Shown: one piece after another, positions 41,847-52,100 of the stretch | Numbering within the stretch: position 1 is the stretch's first letter | Layout: every line of letters begins with the position of its first letter | NCBI GenBank assembly: GCA_964472305.1 | Contig: CAYYJR010000002.1 | Location: 38,882-102,881, forward strand | Reading direction: 5' to 3' | DNA length: 64,000 bases | DNA from: an uncultured bacterium | Lineage (GTDB): Bacteria > Armatimonadota > Hebobacteria > CAIYQO01 | Program-made: the position numbers and the translations under genes | Notes under the pieces: model-generated | What the model saw: the letters and a program-made list of their open reading frames with translations, nothing else | Told to the model about the DNA's origin: nothing | Database searches by the model: none

Positions 41847-43103
41847 CTACGTCCCTGCTGCCGGCGCATCGGCAAACGCCGGCATGTCGCCGGACTGATA
41901 CTTCGCGCTGCCCCACGCCATGTCGTCGATGAGGCAGAAGCCGCATGCGCAGCGCAACTGGCCGCCGTCCTGTGTGAAATCCAGCATGGCGCGGCGCAGC
42001 GTCGTGTCGCGCGGGGCGGTTTTCAGGTCCGCGGGTTTCGCGCCGAAGACGCGGTAATAGGGTTCGCGGTCATGCGACAGCAGCGGCGCCAGGTAAAACT
42101 CGCGTTGCACGCGCACGATATTGGCGGTGGGGGGCAGCAGTTGCTGATACTGGGCATCGAAGAACCAGGTGCCGCAGACGAAGGCAGTCACGCGCGGGCG
42201 TTCGGGGTAATAGCGCGCAAAAAAGTCTCGCGCCGCGCGAAGCGAGTCACCACAGGTGTCGAAATCCATCGGACCATCTTCGGGGATATGAATGTCCAGC
42301 ACCGGATCGCCCGTCGCGAGGACGGGTTGCCACTCGACCAGCGGCAGCGTCATCGACCGCGGCAGTACCCATCCCCGCGGGTGCACCGGATAACCGGTCG
42401 CCGTCTCGGGGGTCAATACGAACTCCCGCACCCGGGCTTCCGGGTCGTATACCGCATTGGTGCCGTCGACATAACCGTCGCCGCGCACCGGCTCCGTGCT
42501 CGCCCACAGCGCGAGCACGCGACCTGACGCGCGATGGCGAAACGCACGCGTCGGTCCGTAATACGCGCACTGGATAAACTCCAGCCGACCCAGCCGATAC
42601 AACTGCCCGGCAAAATGGTTGAGTGGCCAGCTGATGTTCTGGATGCCCCAGTAGCCGTGCTGCCGCCGGAAATGGCGCATCCACACCGCCAGCACCGTCA
42701 GTGTGGCGCGGGTTACGTCCTCCGGTACGCCGCGCGTCGCGTGCAGCGCGCGCAGGCGCGGCGCGCCGCCCAGCAGCACCAGCGCGGGAATCATGGCGAA
42801 CGGCGCAGGCAGCGGTTGCACCATCAGCGGCCAGGCGGACACCTCCGCCGACGGCGGCATCGGGTCACGGAAATACTGTTGAAAGAGAAACCAGGCGAAA
42901 CGGCTAAGTACGGGCGACTTCCGCACCTGTGCCGCCGCCTCCAGCATCGCCTGGCGCATGTCTTCCGGACAATTGAAGCCGCCGCAAACTTCCGCGACAA
43001 ATCCCTCTGTCAGGAACGGCACTTCACCGGGATAGGTCGCCTGCGCCACTCCCCACGCTTCCGGCCACTCCGGCGGTGTCGCGCTGAAACCAAGGGTAGA
43101 CAT
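41847..43103 (-). CDS. Acyltransferase-domain protein (NAT_N/GNAT_C, DUF5596-like)
   Basis: LYRLGRLEF, LDIHIP, FVCGTWFFD, NI...Q, TTLRR. Confidence 0.78.
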   Translation of the reverse strand: MSTLGFSATPPEWPEAWGVAQATYPGEVPFLTEGFVAEVCGGFNCPEDMRQAMLEAAAQVRKSPVLSRFAWFLFQQYFRDPMPPSAEVSAWPLMVQPLPAPFAMIPALVLLGGAPRLRALHATRGVPEDVTRATLTVLAVWMRHFRRQHGYWGIQNISWPLNHFAGQLYRLGRLEFIQCAYYGPTRAFRHRASGRVLALWASTEPVRGDGYVDGTNAVYDPEARVREFVLTPETATGYPVHPRGWVLPRSMTLPLVEWQPVLATGDPVLDIHIPEDGPMDFDTCGDSLRAARDFFARYYPERPRVTAFVCGTWFFDAQYQQLLPPTANIVRVQREFYLAPLLSHDREPYYRVFGAKPADLKTAPRDTTLRRAMLDFTQDGGQLRCACGFCLIDDMAWGSAKYQSGDMPAFADAPAAGT

Positions 43104-43267
43104 CACTGCCTCAAACGAGGGAATCTCAGTCAAGGGAACGCTCCTTCCAGGCAACACTTGCCCTCATCCTAACACCGGCGGTATGGGGAATGCAAGATCA
43201 ACTAGCAGCTCGGTTCCCCCGTTTCCCTTTGCGAGCGTTTGCGGTGGCAATGGCTGAACCCGCCACT

Positions 43268-43296
43268 TTGACGCGCCATGCGCCTTCCCCTACAAT
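43268..43296 (+). promoter_or_regulatory. sigma70-type promoter of mutS
   Basis: TTGACG-17 nt-TACAAT. Confidence 0.7.
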
Positions 43297-43317
43297 AAGG
43301 CGGAGGATTCACGCCAC

Positions 43318-45948
43318 GTGTCCAATGATGCGCTTACCCCGATGTTCCGCCAATACCAGGAATTGAAGCGTCAGTACCCTGACGTCATCCTGCTGTTTCG
43401 CTGTGGCGACTTTTATGAGATGTATGGCGAAGACGCGGTGATCGGCGCACAGGCGATGGACATCGCGCTCACCGCGCGCGAGGTGCGCGGCGCGAAGATG
43501 CCGATGGCGGGCGTGCCGTTTCACGCAATCGACCGCTACCTGGCGCGGTTGCTCTCTTCCGGGCACAAGGCGGCGCTGGCCGAGCAGATGGAAGACCCGC
43601 GGCTGGCGAAGGGACTGGTGAAGCGCGACGTCACCCGCATCATCACTCCTGGCACGGTGGTGGAAGAATACCTGCTCGACGAACGCTCCAACAATTACCT
43701 GCTCGCGCTGCATACCGCACATGGCTGCGGGCTGGCTATTGCCGATTGTTCCACCGGTGAATTTCTGGTGACCGAAGTGGCGGGCGACCGCGCGCACGAA
43801 CGCATTCTGGAAGAGGTGGCACGGCTGCAACCGGCGGAAGTGTTGCTGCCGGAAGCATTGCGCGACAACGAGGCCTTGCTCGAGGGACTTCGCGCGCGCA
43901 CGACGGCGCCCATTACCTTCCCCGATATGAGCGCATATGCATGGGAAACCGCCGCGGACACGCTCACCCACCATTTCGGCGTCACCTCGCTGCGCGGCTT
44001 CGGCTGCGAGGAACTGCCGCTGGCGGTGGCAGCCGCCGGACTGCTGTTGCGCTATCTGCACCAGACGCAAAAGACCACGGTGGGACAAATTCGCACGCTG
44101 AGCACCTATTCGCTCGACGATCGCATGCTGCTGGATACCCCCACGCGGCGCAACCTGGAGTTGACGCATTCGCTGCGCGACGGCGGACGCACCCATTCAG
44201 TGCTGTGGCTGCTCGACCAGACGCGCACCGCGATGGGCGCGCGCCTGCTGAAAAAATGGCTGATCGCGCCGTTGCTGGATGTCGATGCCATCAATCGCCG
44301 GTTGGATGCCGTGGCTGCCTTTCGCGAAGACGACCTGACGCGCGAGAAAGTGCGCGAGGAACTGCGCAACATCAGCGACCTGGAGCGGCTGCTGTCGCGC
44401 GCCGCCAGCGGCGCCGGTAACGCGCGCGACCTGGCGCAACTGCGCGACTCGTTGAGCGTGGCGCCGCGCCTGCTGGCCTTGCTGGAGGACGCGCACCCGG
44501 TGTTGCGCGTGTTGGTGGAGGGCGCGGACCCGCTGGTCGATTTGCGTGAGGCGCTGGCGGCGGGCATTGTGGATGCGCCGCCCATCTCGCTGCGCGACGG
44601 CGGCATGATCCGTGCGGGTTACAACACCGAGCTGGACACGCTGCGCAAAGTGACCACTGAAGGAAAAGACTGGATCGCCGCGTTGGAAGCCAGCGAGCGC
44701 GAGCGCAGCGGTATCAAGTCGCTGAAGGTCGGCTTCAATGCGGTGTTCGGCTACTATATCGAGGTGAGCCGCCTGAACGCGGACCTGGTGCCGCAGGATT
44801 ATATCCGCAAGCAGACGCTGGCCAACGCGGAACGTTTCATCACCCCCGCGCTGAAAGAATACGAGGCGATGGTGCTAGGCGCGGAAGATAAGCTGAAGGA
44901 ACTGGAGTTCAAGCTGTTTACCGCCTTGCGCGGCGCGGTGGCGATGGAGGCCGACCGCCTGCAGCAGTTGGCGCGCCTGCTGGCACAGGTGGACGTGCTC
45001 GCAAATTTCGCTGAAGTCGCCGCGCGCAACCGGTATCGCCGTCCGGAGATTGTCGCTGATGAAACGCTCACCATCGTCAACGGCCGCCACCCGGTGGTGG
45101 AACAGACGCTGGCGGGCGAACGCTTCGTGCCCAACGACACGCATCTCGACACCATGGCGGATCAACTTATTATCCTCACCGGGCCGAATATGGCCGGCAA
45201 GAGCACCTATTTGCGTCAGGTGGCGCTCATCACGCTGATGGCGCAACTTGGCAGCTTCGTGCCTGCCGATGAGGCGCGCATCGGGGTGGTGGACCGCGTG
45301 TTCACCCGCGTGGGTGCCAGCGACGACCTGGCGACCGGGCAATCCACCTTCATGGTGGAAATGACGGAGACAGCCAACATTCTCAACAATGCCACCCGCC
45401 GCAGCCTGGTCATCCTTGACGAAATCGGGCGCGGCACCAGCACCTTCGACGGCCTCTCGCTGGCGTGGGCAGTAGCCGAGTACCTGCACGAATCGCCGCG
45501 CCTGGGCTGCAAAACGCTCTTCGCCACCCACTACCACCAGTTGAACGAACTGGAAAACACGCTGCCGCGCGCGCAGAACTATCGCATTGCAGTGAAGGAA
45601 GGGGCGGACGGCATCGTCTTCCTGCGCAAGATCGTCGCCGGCGGCACAGACCGCAGCTACGGCATCCACGTCGCCAAACTCGCCGGCCTGCCGCAGGCGG
45701 TGGTCGAACGCGCACAGCAGGTGCTGCAATCGCTGGAGGAAAACGACCAGATCGCCGAACACGCCCGCGGCCTGGTGGACAAACACGCCACCATCCCCCC
45801 ACCGCTGCCGCGCACACAGCTCACCCTGTTCGAAGTGGTGGAGCACCCCGTGGTGGAAGAATTGATAGCCGTCGATGTCGACGACCTTACCCCCCGCCAG
45901 GCTCTCGATATGCTCGCCAAGCTGCAGAAGAAGGCGAAGAAGAAATGA
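43318..45948 (+). CDS. mutS: DNA mismatch repair protein MutS
   Basis: TPMFRQY, GDFYE, TGPNMAGKST, STFMVEM, DEIGRGT, SYGIHVA. Confidence 0.99.
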   Translation: MSNDALTPMFRQYQELKRQYPDVILLFRCGDFYEMYGEDAVIGAQAMDIALTAREVRGAKMPMAGVPFHAIDRYLARLLSSGHKAALAEQMEDPRLAKGLVKRDVTRIITPGTVVEEYLLDERSNNYLLALHTAHGCGLAIADCSTGEFLVTEVAGDRAHERILEEVARLQPAEVLLPEALRDNEALLEGLRARTTAPITFPDMSAYAWETAADTLTHHFGVTSLRGFGCEELPLAVAAAGLLLRYLHQTQKTTVGQIRTLSTYSLDDRMLLDTPTRRNLELTHSLRDGGRTHSVLWLLDQTRTAMGARLLKKWLIAPLLDVDAINRRLDAVAAFREDDLTREKVREELRNISDLERLLSRAASGAGNARDLAQLRDSLSVAPRLLALLEDAHPVLRVLVEGADPLVDLREALAAGIVDAPPISLRDGGMIRAGYNTELDTLRKVTTEGKDWIAALEASERERSGIKSLKVGFNAVFGYYIEVSRLNADLVPQDYIRKQTLANAERFITPALKEYEAMVLGAEDKLKELEFKLFTALRGAVAMEADRLQQLARLLAQVDVLANFAEVAARNRYRRPEIVADETLTIVNGRHPVVEQTLAGERFVPNDTHLDTMADQLIILTGPNMAGKSTYLRQVALITLMAQLGSFVPADEARIGVVDRVFTRVGASDDLATGQSTFMVEMTETANILNNATRRSLVILDEIGRGTSTFDGLSLAWAVAEYLHESPRLGCKTLFATHYHQLNELENTLPRAQNYRIAVKEGADGIVFLRKIVAGGTDRSYGIHVAKLAGLPQAVVERAQQVLQSLEENDQIAEHARGLVDKHATIPPPLPRTQLTLFEVVEHPVVEELIAVDVDDLTPRQALDMLAKLQKKAKKK

Positions 45949-46143
45949 CGGATGGCCATGGTGTGGCTGGGCGCGGTGAACCGAGCGTCAACGTCGGTCT
46001 GACAAGCATCATGGGACATTCTTTTAACAAATCTTAATCCCCCCGGCGGCCAAGTGGTGAATTTCCATCCCGAAAGTGGCAATATTAGTAGTACCATTCC
46101 AGGGGTAAGTACCGGGAAAGGCCAGCGGAGCATACGGTTTTCG

Positions 46144-46172
46144 TTGACGTGGTACAGGCGGTTTGTTATACT
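46144..46172 (+). promoter_or_regulatory. sigma70-type promoter (extended -10)
   Basis: TTGACG-17 nt-TATACT with TG upstream of the -10. Confidence 0.7.
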
Positions 46173-46236
46173 CGGATTAAGCCAACGCCGGACGTAAGGA
46201 GTGGCTGCGCAGACTACTCGCAGAGGGGCATCGGAA

Positions 46237-46644
46237 ATGCAAAAAAAGATTTTAGCCGTCGATGATGAGCGCCATATTGTCCGTTTGATCCAGGTCAATC
46301 TTGAACGGGCAGGCTACAATGTCATTACTGCCTTCGATGGGCGCGAAGCCTTGAAGAAGATCGCAGATGAGAAGCCGGATCTGGTGGTACTCGACGTAAT
46401 GATGCCATACATGAACGGGCTGGAAGCCCTGAAGCAGATCCGCGCCAATCCGCAGACCCGCAATCTGCCGGTGATCATGTTGACCGCCAAGGCCCAGGAC
46501 CAGGATGTTTTCCAGGGTTACTCGTATGGGGTTGATATTTATTTGACGAAACCGTTCAATCCGATGGAGCTATTGACATTTGTCAAGCGCATTTTCACGG
46601 ATATGGAAACAGAGGAAGATGAGGATAACGTCTACAATGTCTAA
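46237..46644 (+). CDS. Single-domain response regulator
   Basis: ILAVDD, LDVMMP, MLTA, KPF; acidic tail. Confidence 0.93.
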   Translation: MQKKILAVDDERHIVRLIQVNLERAGYNVITAFDGREALKKIADEKPDLVVLDVMMPYMNGLEALKQIRANPQTRNLPVIMLTAKAQDQDVFQGYSYGVDIYLTKPFNPMELLTFVKRIFTDMETEEDEDNVYNV

Positions 46645-46849
46645 CGGGAGTTCCTCTTCGGCGGCGATGCAGGTAGTGACGGGCACGGTGATCGCCCTGG
46701 GACTGGCAACGGTCCTCTGGGTGGTGCTGACCCGGCGCACTACCACGTTTGGCATGGACCCCCAGGTGGAGATCGATAAGCGCATCGACAGCCTGGAAGT
46801 TTCACTCAATCGGTTGCAGGACGTCTTCGGACAGACGGTCGGCGGATAA
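46637..46849 (+). CDS. Small single-TM protein with coiled-coil tail
   Basis: GAGGA RBS; overlaps the response regulator stop; one hydrophobic helix followed by EIDKRIDSLE. Confidence 0.65.
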   Translation: MSNGSSSSAAMQVVTGTVIALGLATVLWVVLTRRTTTFGMDPQVEIDKRIDSLEVSLNRLQDVFGQTVGG

Positions 46850-47044
46850 CGGACGTCACAGTTCAACAGCGGGCGTGTCGGCGAGTGGCGCCGGCGCGCC
46901 CGTTATCGCGTCCGGAAGACCGGCCAGGCCTGTTACGATCGACCGGTGATGGGGAAAAGATACAAGAACGGTCCGCATTGCGGTCGCGGCTGGCGTGCAG
47001 CACCGCGGTGTTCACCAATCTTCCGCTTCCCGAGGTATTCCGGC

Positions 47045-50000
47045 ATGCTCAAACACAGCAACATTACCCTGGAGCGTATCAAGCGAGCGCTTGAGGAATT
47101 GCACCAACAACTCTGGATTGAGCAGCGCCCGCTGCGGGTCGCCGTCTATCAGTGCGCGGAGCCGATTCCGTATATCGATGCCGTACAACAGACGTATATC
47201 CCCGTACAGCCGGGCTTCACCTGGGGACCGGTGTGGTCCACCGCCTGGTTTCACCTGCAAGGCGATTACCCGGCGGAGTGGACGGGGGAGACGGTGTCGG
47301 CGTTGATCGATACCGGTTCCGAGGCGTTGGTGTGGGTGCAAGGTGCCCCCGCGCAGGGATTGGATCCCAATCGCCGCGATTTCGTACTGACACCGCGAGC
47401 GAACGGCGCCGGCAAGGTGGATCTCCATGTCGAGGCGGCGGGAAACCAGCCGTTCGGTGCCAGTCCGAGCGGTGTCTTTACGCTGGGCGCCGCCGCGGTA
47501 GCGCGCTTTCACCGCGCGGCATGGGAGCTGTATCACGACTTGCGCGTGCTGTATGAACTGGCGATCGAACTGCCCGAATCGGAAGGTCGACGCGCCAGGC
47601 TGATTTACGCGCTGAACGAAGCGGTGAACTGTTACCGTCGTGGCGGGGCTGAGGCTTTTGCCGCGGCGCGCGCGGTGCTGGCCACGGAATACGCGCAGCC
47701 CGCCGCTACCTCGGTCGGGTGCGCAACCGTGTTGGGTCACTCGCATATCGACACCGCCTGGCTGTGGCCGTTGCGCGAAACGGTGCGAAAATGCGCCCGC
47801 ACCTTCTCCACCGTGCTCAATAACATGGAAGCCTACCCCGAGTACCGCTACGTGCAGAGCCAGCCGCAGTTGTATGTCTTCATGAAAGAGCAGTATCCCG
47901 ACCTTTTCGCGCGCATCAAGCAGGCGGTCGCGGATGGCCGCTGGGAACCGCAAGGCGCGATGTGGGTGGAGGCGGACGCCAACTTGATCTCCGGTGAATC
48001 GATGATCCGCCAGATTCTGCACGGCACCCGCTTTTTCCGCGACGAATTCGGCGTGGAGACAAATATCCTCTGGCTGCCGGACGTGTTCGGCTACTCGGCG
48101 GCGATGCCGCAGATTCTGCGGGGGTGCGGTATCCCCTACTTCATGACGCAGAAGATCTCGTGGAACCAGTTCAATTCGTTTCCGCACCACACGTTCTGGT
48201 GGGAAGGCATTGACGGCACCCGCGTGCTGTCGCATTTCCTGCCCGCCGACACCTACAACGGCTGTCTCAACCCGCGAGAGATGCGCTATGGCGAACAGAA
48301 TTTTCGCGACAAGGATCGCGCGCAGGACTGGTTGTATTTGTTCGGTTACGGCGACGGCGGCGGCGGTCCGACCAGGGAGATGCTGGAATCTGCCCGCCGC
48401 ATGCGCGACGTGGAAGGCTTGCCGAAGGTGACGCAAGGTTTCGCCGGCGATTGGTTCCCGCGCATGGCGGAGCGGACGCGCGATCTGTGCACCTGGGTGG
48501 GCGAACTATATTTCGAACTGCATCGCGGCACCTACACCACGCAGGCGCGCAACAAATGGCATAACCGCCGCAGCGAACTGTTATTGCGCGACGCGGAGTT
48601 TCTCGCCGCGGTACAGCCCGATGGTGACGCCTACCCGGCTGACACGCTGGACACGGCATGGAAACTGGTGCTGCTCAACCAGTTCCATGATATTATTCCC
48701 GGCTCGTCCATTCGCTGGGTCTACGAGGATTCCGAACGGCATTATGCGCAAGTGCGCGCCATGGGCGACGGCATGGTGGCGAAAAGCCTGGCGGCCTTTG
48801 CCGCCGCCATCGACACCAGCGAGTTGACACACCCGGTGGTGGTGTGGAATACGCTTTCCTTCCCGCGCGCGGGGGTGGTCAGCCTGCCGTGGTCGGGCGC
48901 CGCGGAGGTGACCGTTGTTCCACCGCGCGGCGAGGCCATGCGCACTCAGCTCATCGAAGAAGACGGCGAGCGGCGCCTGCTGCTCGAAGTGGGCGAGACG
49001 CCGCCGATGGGGTACGTGGTGCTTGACCTGCGCGAGGATGCCGCCGCAAGCGTATCGGGCGACGTGGTAACCGTTACGACGCACGTGCTGGAGAACGAGT
49101 TGGTGCGCGCAGAGCTGGATGACACCGGCGCCGTGATCTCGTTTTTCGATAAGCAGGTGGAGCGGGAGATCATCCCCGACGATGCTATCGGCAATCTGTT
49201 CCAACGCTTCGACGACCATCCCAACAATTATGACGCGTGGGATATCGACGTGACCTACGAGGAAGTGGGTGAGGACCTGCGCGCGCCGGCCACACTGACA
49301 GTGGCGGAAGCCGGGCCGGTGCGCGGCGCCATCCGCGTCGAGCGCCAGCTCACTCCCACCGCCCATCTGGTTCAGTATATCCGGCTGGAGGTGAACAGCC
49401 GCCGGCTGGATTTTACGACGACCATCGACTGGCACGAATCGCACGCGCTGCTCAAAGTCGCCTTTCCGGTAACCATCTACAGCACCCGTGCAACGTACGA
49501 TATTCAATTCGGCCACCTGGAGCGGCCCACTCATCGCAACACGTCATGGGACGTGGCGCGCTTCGAAGTGTGCGCGCACAAGTGGGCCGATCTCTCCGAG
49601 AGCGACTATGGCGTGGCATTGCTCAATGATGGCAAATATGGCTACGACGTGCACGGCAACGTGCTGCGGCTCAGCTTGCTGCGCGCGGCGAAAAGCCCGG
49701 ATGAGCAAGCGGACATGGGCACCCACCATTTCACCTATAGTCTGCTGCCGCACCGCGGCGACGTGGTGAACAGTGGCGTGCCGCTGGCGGGTTACGATGT
49801 CAATGTGCCGTTGCGCGCGCAGGCGCTGCCGGTGCAGGAAGGCGTGCTGGCGCGCTCGCACAGCTACTTCCGGCTGGACAAGCCGAATCTGATTATTGAG
49901 TCGGTGAAGCGCGCGGAAGACGACGACGGCCTGATTGTGCGGCTCTACGAAGCCTATCGCCGCCGTGGTGCCGCGCGCTTGCTGGTCAACGGTCTTTGCG

Positions 50001-50116
50001 CGCGCGTCACCCGCACCGACCTGCTGGAGCGCAACCAGCAGGATATCCCGGTGCACGGCGGCGCCGTTACCCTCGACTATCGCCCATTTGAAATCATCAC
50101 TCTCCGCCTGCGGTAA
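47045..50116 (+). CDS. Alpha-mannosidase GH38
   Basis: GHSHIDTAWLW, WLPDVFGY, GDGGGGP, LNQFHDIIPGS. Confidence 0.96.
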   Translation: MLKHSNITLERIKRALEELHQQLWIEQRPLRVAVYQCAEPIPYIDAVQQTYIPVQPGFTWGPVWSTAWFHLQGDYPAEWTGETVSALIDTGSEALVWVQGAPAQGLDPNRRDFVLTPRANGAGKVDLHVEAAGNQPFGASPSGVFTLGAAAVARFHRAAWELYHDLRVLYELAIELPESEGRRARLIYALNEAVNCYRRGGAEAFAAARAVLATEYAQPAATSVGCATVLGHSHIDTAWLWPLRETVRKCARTFSTVLNNMEAYPEYRYVQSQPQLYVFMKEQYPDLFARIKQAVADGRWEPQGAMWVEADANLISGESMIRQILHGTRFFRDEFGVETNILWLPDVFGYSAAMPQILRGCGIPYFMTQKISWNQFNSFPHHTFWWEGIDGTRVLSHFLPADTYNGCLNPREMRYGEQNFRDKDRAQDWLYLFGYGDGGGGPTREMLESARRMRDVEGLPKVTQGFAGDWFPRMAERTRDLCTWVGELYFELHRGTYTTQARNKWHNRRSELLLRDAEFLAAVQPDGDAYPADTLDTAWKLVLLNQFHDIIPGSSIRWVYEDSERHYAQVRAMGDGMVAKSLAAFAAAIDTSELTHPVVVWNTLSFPRAGVVSLPWSGAAEVTVVPPRGEAMRTQLIEEDGERRLLLEVGETPPMGYVVLDLREDAAASVSGDVVTVTTHVLENELVRAELDDTGAVISFFDKQVEREIIPDDAIGNLFQRFDDHPNNYDAWDIDVTYEEVGEDLRAPATLTVAEAGPVRGAIRVERQLTPTAHLVQYIRLEVNSRRLDFTTTIDWHESHALLKVAFPVTIYSTRATYDIQFGHLERPTHRNTSWDVARFEVCAHKWADLSESDYGVALLNDGKYGYDVHGNVLRLSLLRAAKSPDEQADMGTHHFTYSLLPHRGDVVNSGVPLAGYDVNVPLRAQALPVQEGVLARSHSYFRLDKPNLIIESVKRAEDDDGLIVRLYEAYRRRGAARLLVNGLCARVTRTDLLERNQQDIPVHGGAVTLDYRPFEIITLRLR

Positions 50117-50333
50117 CCCGGAAGGATGAGGCCCGACTCTTCGTGATAGGGGGATCTCGCCTGTGATTCGTTACGCATGCGGGCAGGATTTCCGCGGTCC
50201 GGAGGGTACGCTTGCTCTGTTTCCACGCTGCATTTTTTTCAACATTTGCCACAAATCGCCTCGTGAATGGGTTGCAGTGGCGTACTGACTGTGCTATTCT
50301 TCCCCCGAATGCCTGAGCCTAAGGCAGTGCGCC

Positions 50334-52100
50334 ATGGTAACCGGTATGTCTCGGTTTCGATTTCTATTAGAGCTGACCCGTCCGTACCGTGGGCGCTTGT
50401 TGTTCGCGATGGTGTTGACGATGGTTTACACCGCCCTTGCGATGACGCCGCCGCTCGCCAACCGCTACCTCATAAACAACGTCCTCACCAACCATGAATG
50501 GAAAGTGGCCTTCACTGCCGTCTCGCTCATTGCGTTCCTTCCATTGATGGTCGCCGTGCAGGCAGTGGTCAACCGCATTGTCATCAGCGCGCTCGGGCAG
50601 CGGCTGGTGGTCGACCTGCGCACCGGGCTCTACCGTCACGTGCTTAACCTGAGCATGCGCTTCCACGGCGAATCGGGCGCCGGGCCGTTAATGAACAAGC
50701 TGATGACCGATGTGGGCCAGGTGCAGAACCTGCTCACCGGTGAAACGCTGGGTATCCTCAGCAACATCGTGGCGCTGGCATTCAGCCTGGCGGTGATGTT
50801 TTACTTCAAGTGGCAGCTTGCCTTGATCGTCATCGTGATGGTCACCCTCTACTCGCTGAACTATTACCAGCTGGCGATGCGCATTCGCAGTGCCAACCTG
50901 GAGTTGCGCGAAATTATGGACCAGGTGACGGGTCGGCTGCAGGAACGGCTGTCGGGCGTGCGCCTGGTGAAAACCTACCGGCGCGAGCGCGACGAGACGG
51001 ATGCCTTCCTCGCCTCCACCGACCATGCGCTGCAGTCGGGCATGCGCAGCCAGATGTTGAACGTCTCCCTCTCCACCACCGCCAGTCTCATCAGCGGTTT
51101 GGGCTCCACCGTGGTCTGGTGCAGCGCGCTGTGGTACGTGCTGCACGGCCAGATGCAATATGGCGATATGATCGCGATGGACACCTACGTCTGGCAAGCC
51201 ATCGGGCCGGCGGTGAACCTGACCATGGTCGCCGGCACCATCACCCAGGCGCTGGTGAGCCTGGATCGCATCCTCGACGTGATGCGGCAAATACCGGATA
51301 TTATTGAAAAGCCGAACGCCCTCGACCTGTCCGAAGCGCGGGGCGATATGGCGCTGGAACACGTGGTGTTCGGCTATATCGAGAACAAACCGCTGTTCCG
51401 CGACTTCTCGTTGCGCCTGCCGGTTGGCAAGATGACGGCGCTGGTCGGACATACCGGTTGCGGCAAAACCACGGTGACCAGCCTGTTGATGCGCCTGTGG
51501 GATGTGCAGGGGGGGCGGGTGACGCTGGACGGGCACGATTTGCGCGATCTCAGTCTGCGCGCGCTGCGCCGTCATGTCGGGGTGGTGCCGCAGGAGCCGG
51601 TGGTGTTCGAAAGCACGGTGTTCGAGAATATCGCCTACGGCATGGCGGATGCAACCCCGGAGCAAGTAGAGGAAGCGGCGCGCGCGGCGCAGATACACGA
51701 CCATATCGTCACGTTGTCCGACGGCTACCAAACCTGGTTGGGCAAAGACGGCGCCAAGCTGTCGGTGGGCCAGAAACAGCGCATTGCCATCGCCCGCGCC
51801 ATCCTGCGTAAGCCGGCGGTACTCATTCTCGATGAGGCCACCAGTTCGCTGGACAGCGAGTCGGAGGCGGCGATTCAGGAAGCGTTGCGCATCGTGTTGC
51901 GCAACCGCACCAGCGTAGTGGTGGCCCATCGCTTGAGTACGATTGTCGAGGCTGATCAAATTGTGGCCATGGACAAGGGCAAGATCGTCGAGATGGGCAC
52001 CCACGCGCAATTGATGGTGATCGAAGGCGGCTATTATCGCCGGCTCTATGACGAGTTGAAGGGTAAGCACGAGCACGAGGTGGCGGGGCATGCCGAGTAA
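50334..52100 (+). CDS. ABC exporter subunit (TMD-NBD)
   Basis: GHTGCGKT, LSVGQKQR, LILDEAT, AHRL. Confidence 0.95.
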   Translation: MVTGMSRFRFLLELTRPYRGRLLFAMVLTMVYTALAMTPPLANRYLINNVLTNHEWKVAFTAVSLIAFLPLMVAVQAVVNRIVISALGQRLVVDLRTGLYRHVLNLSMRFHGESGAGPLMNKLMTDVGQVQNLLTGETLGILSNIVALAFSLAVMFYFKWQLALIVIVMVTLYSLNYYQLAMRIRSANLELREIMDQVTGRLQERLSGVRLVKTYRRERDETDAFLASTDHALQSGMRSQMLNVSLSTTASLISGLGSTVVWCSALWYVLHGQMQYGDMIAMDTYVWQAIGPAVNLTMVAGTITQALVSLDRILDVMRQIPDIIEKPNALDLSEARGDMALEHVVFGYIENKPLFRDFSLRLPVGKMTALVGHTGCGKTTVTSLLMRLWDVQGGRVTLDGHDLRDLSLRALRRHVGVVPQEPVVFESTVFENIAYGMADATPEQVEEAARAAQIHDHIVTLSDGYQTWLGKDGAKLSVGQKQRIAIARAILRKPAVLILDEATSSLDSESEAAIQEALRIVLRNRTSVVVAHRLSTIVEADQIVAMDKGKIVEMGTHAQLMVIEGGYYRRLYDELKGKHEHEVAGHAE

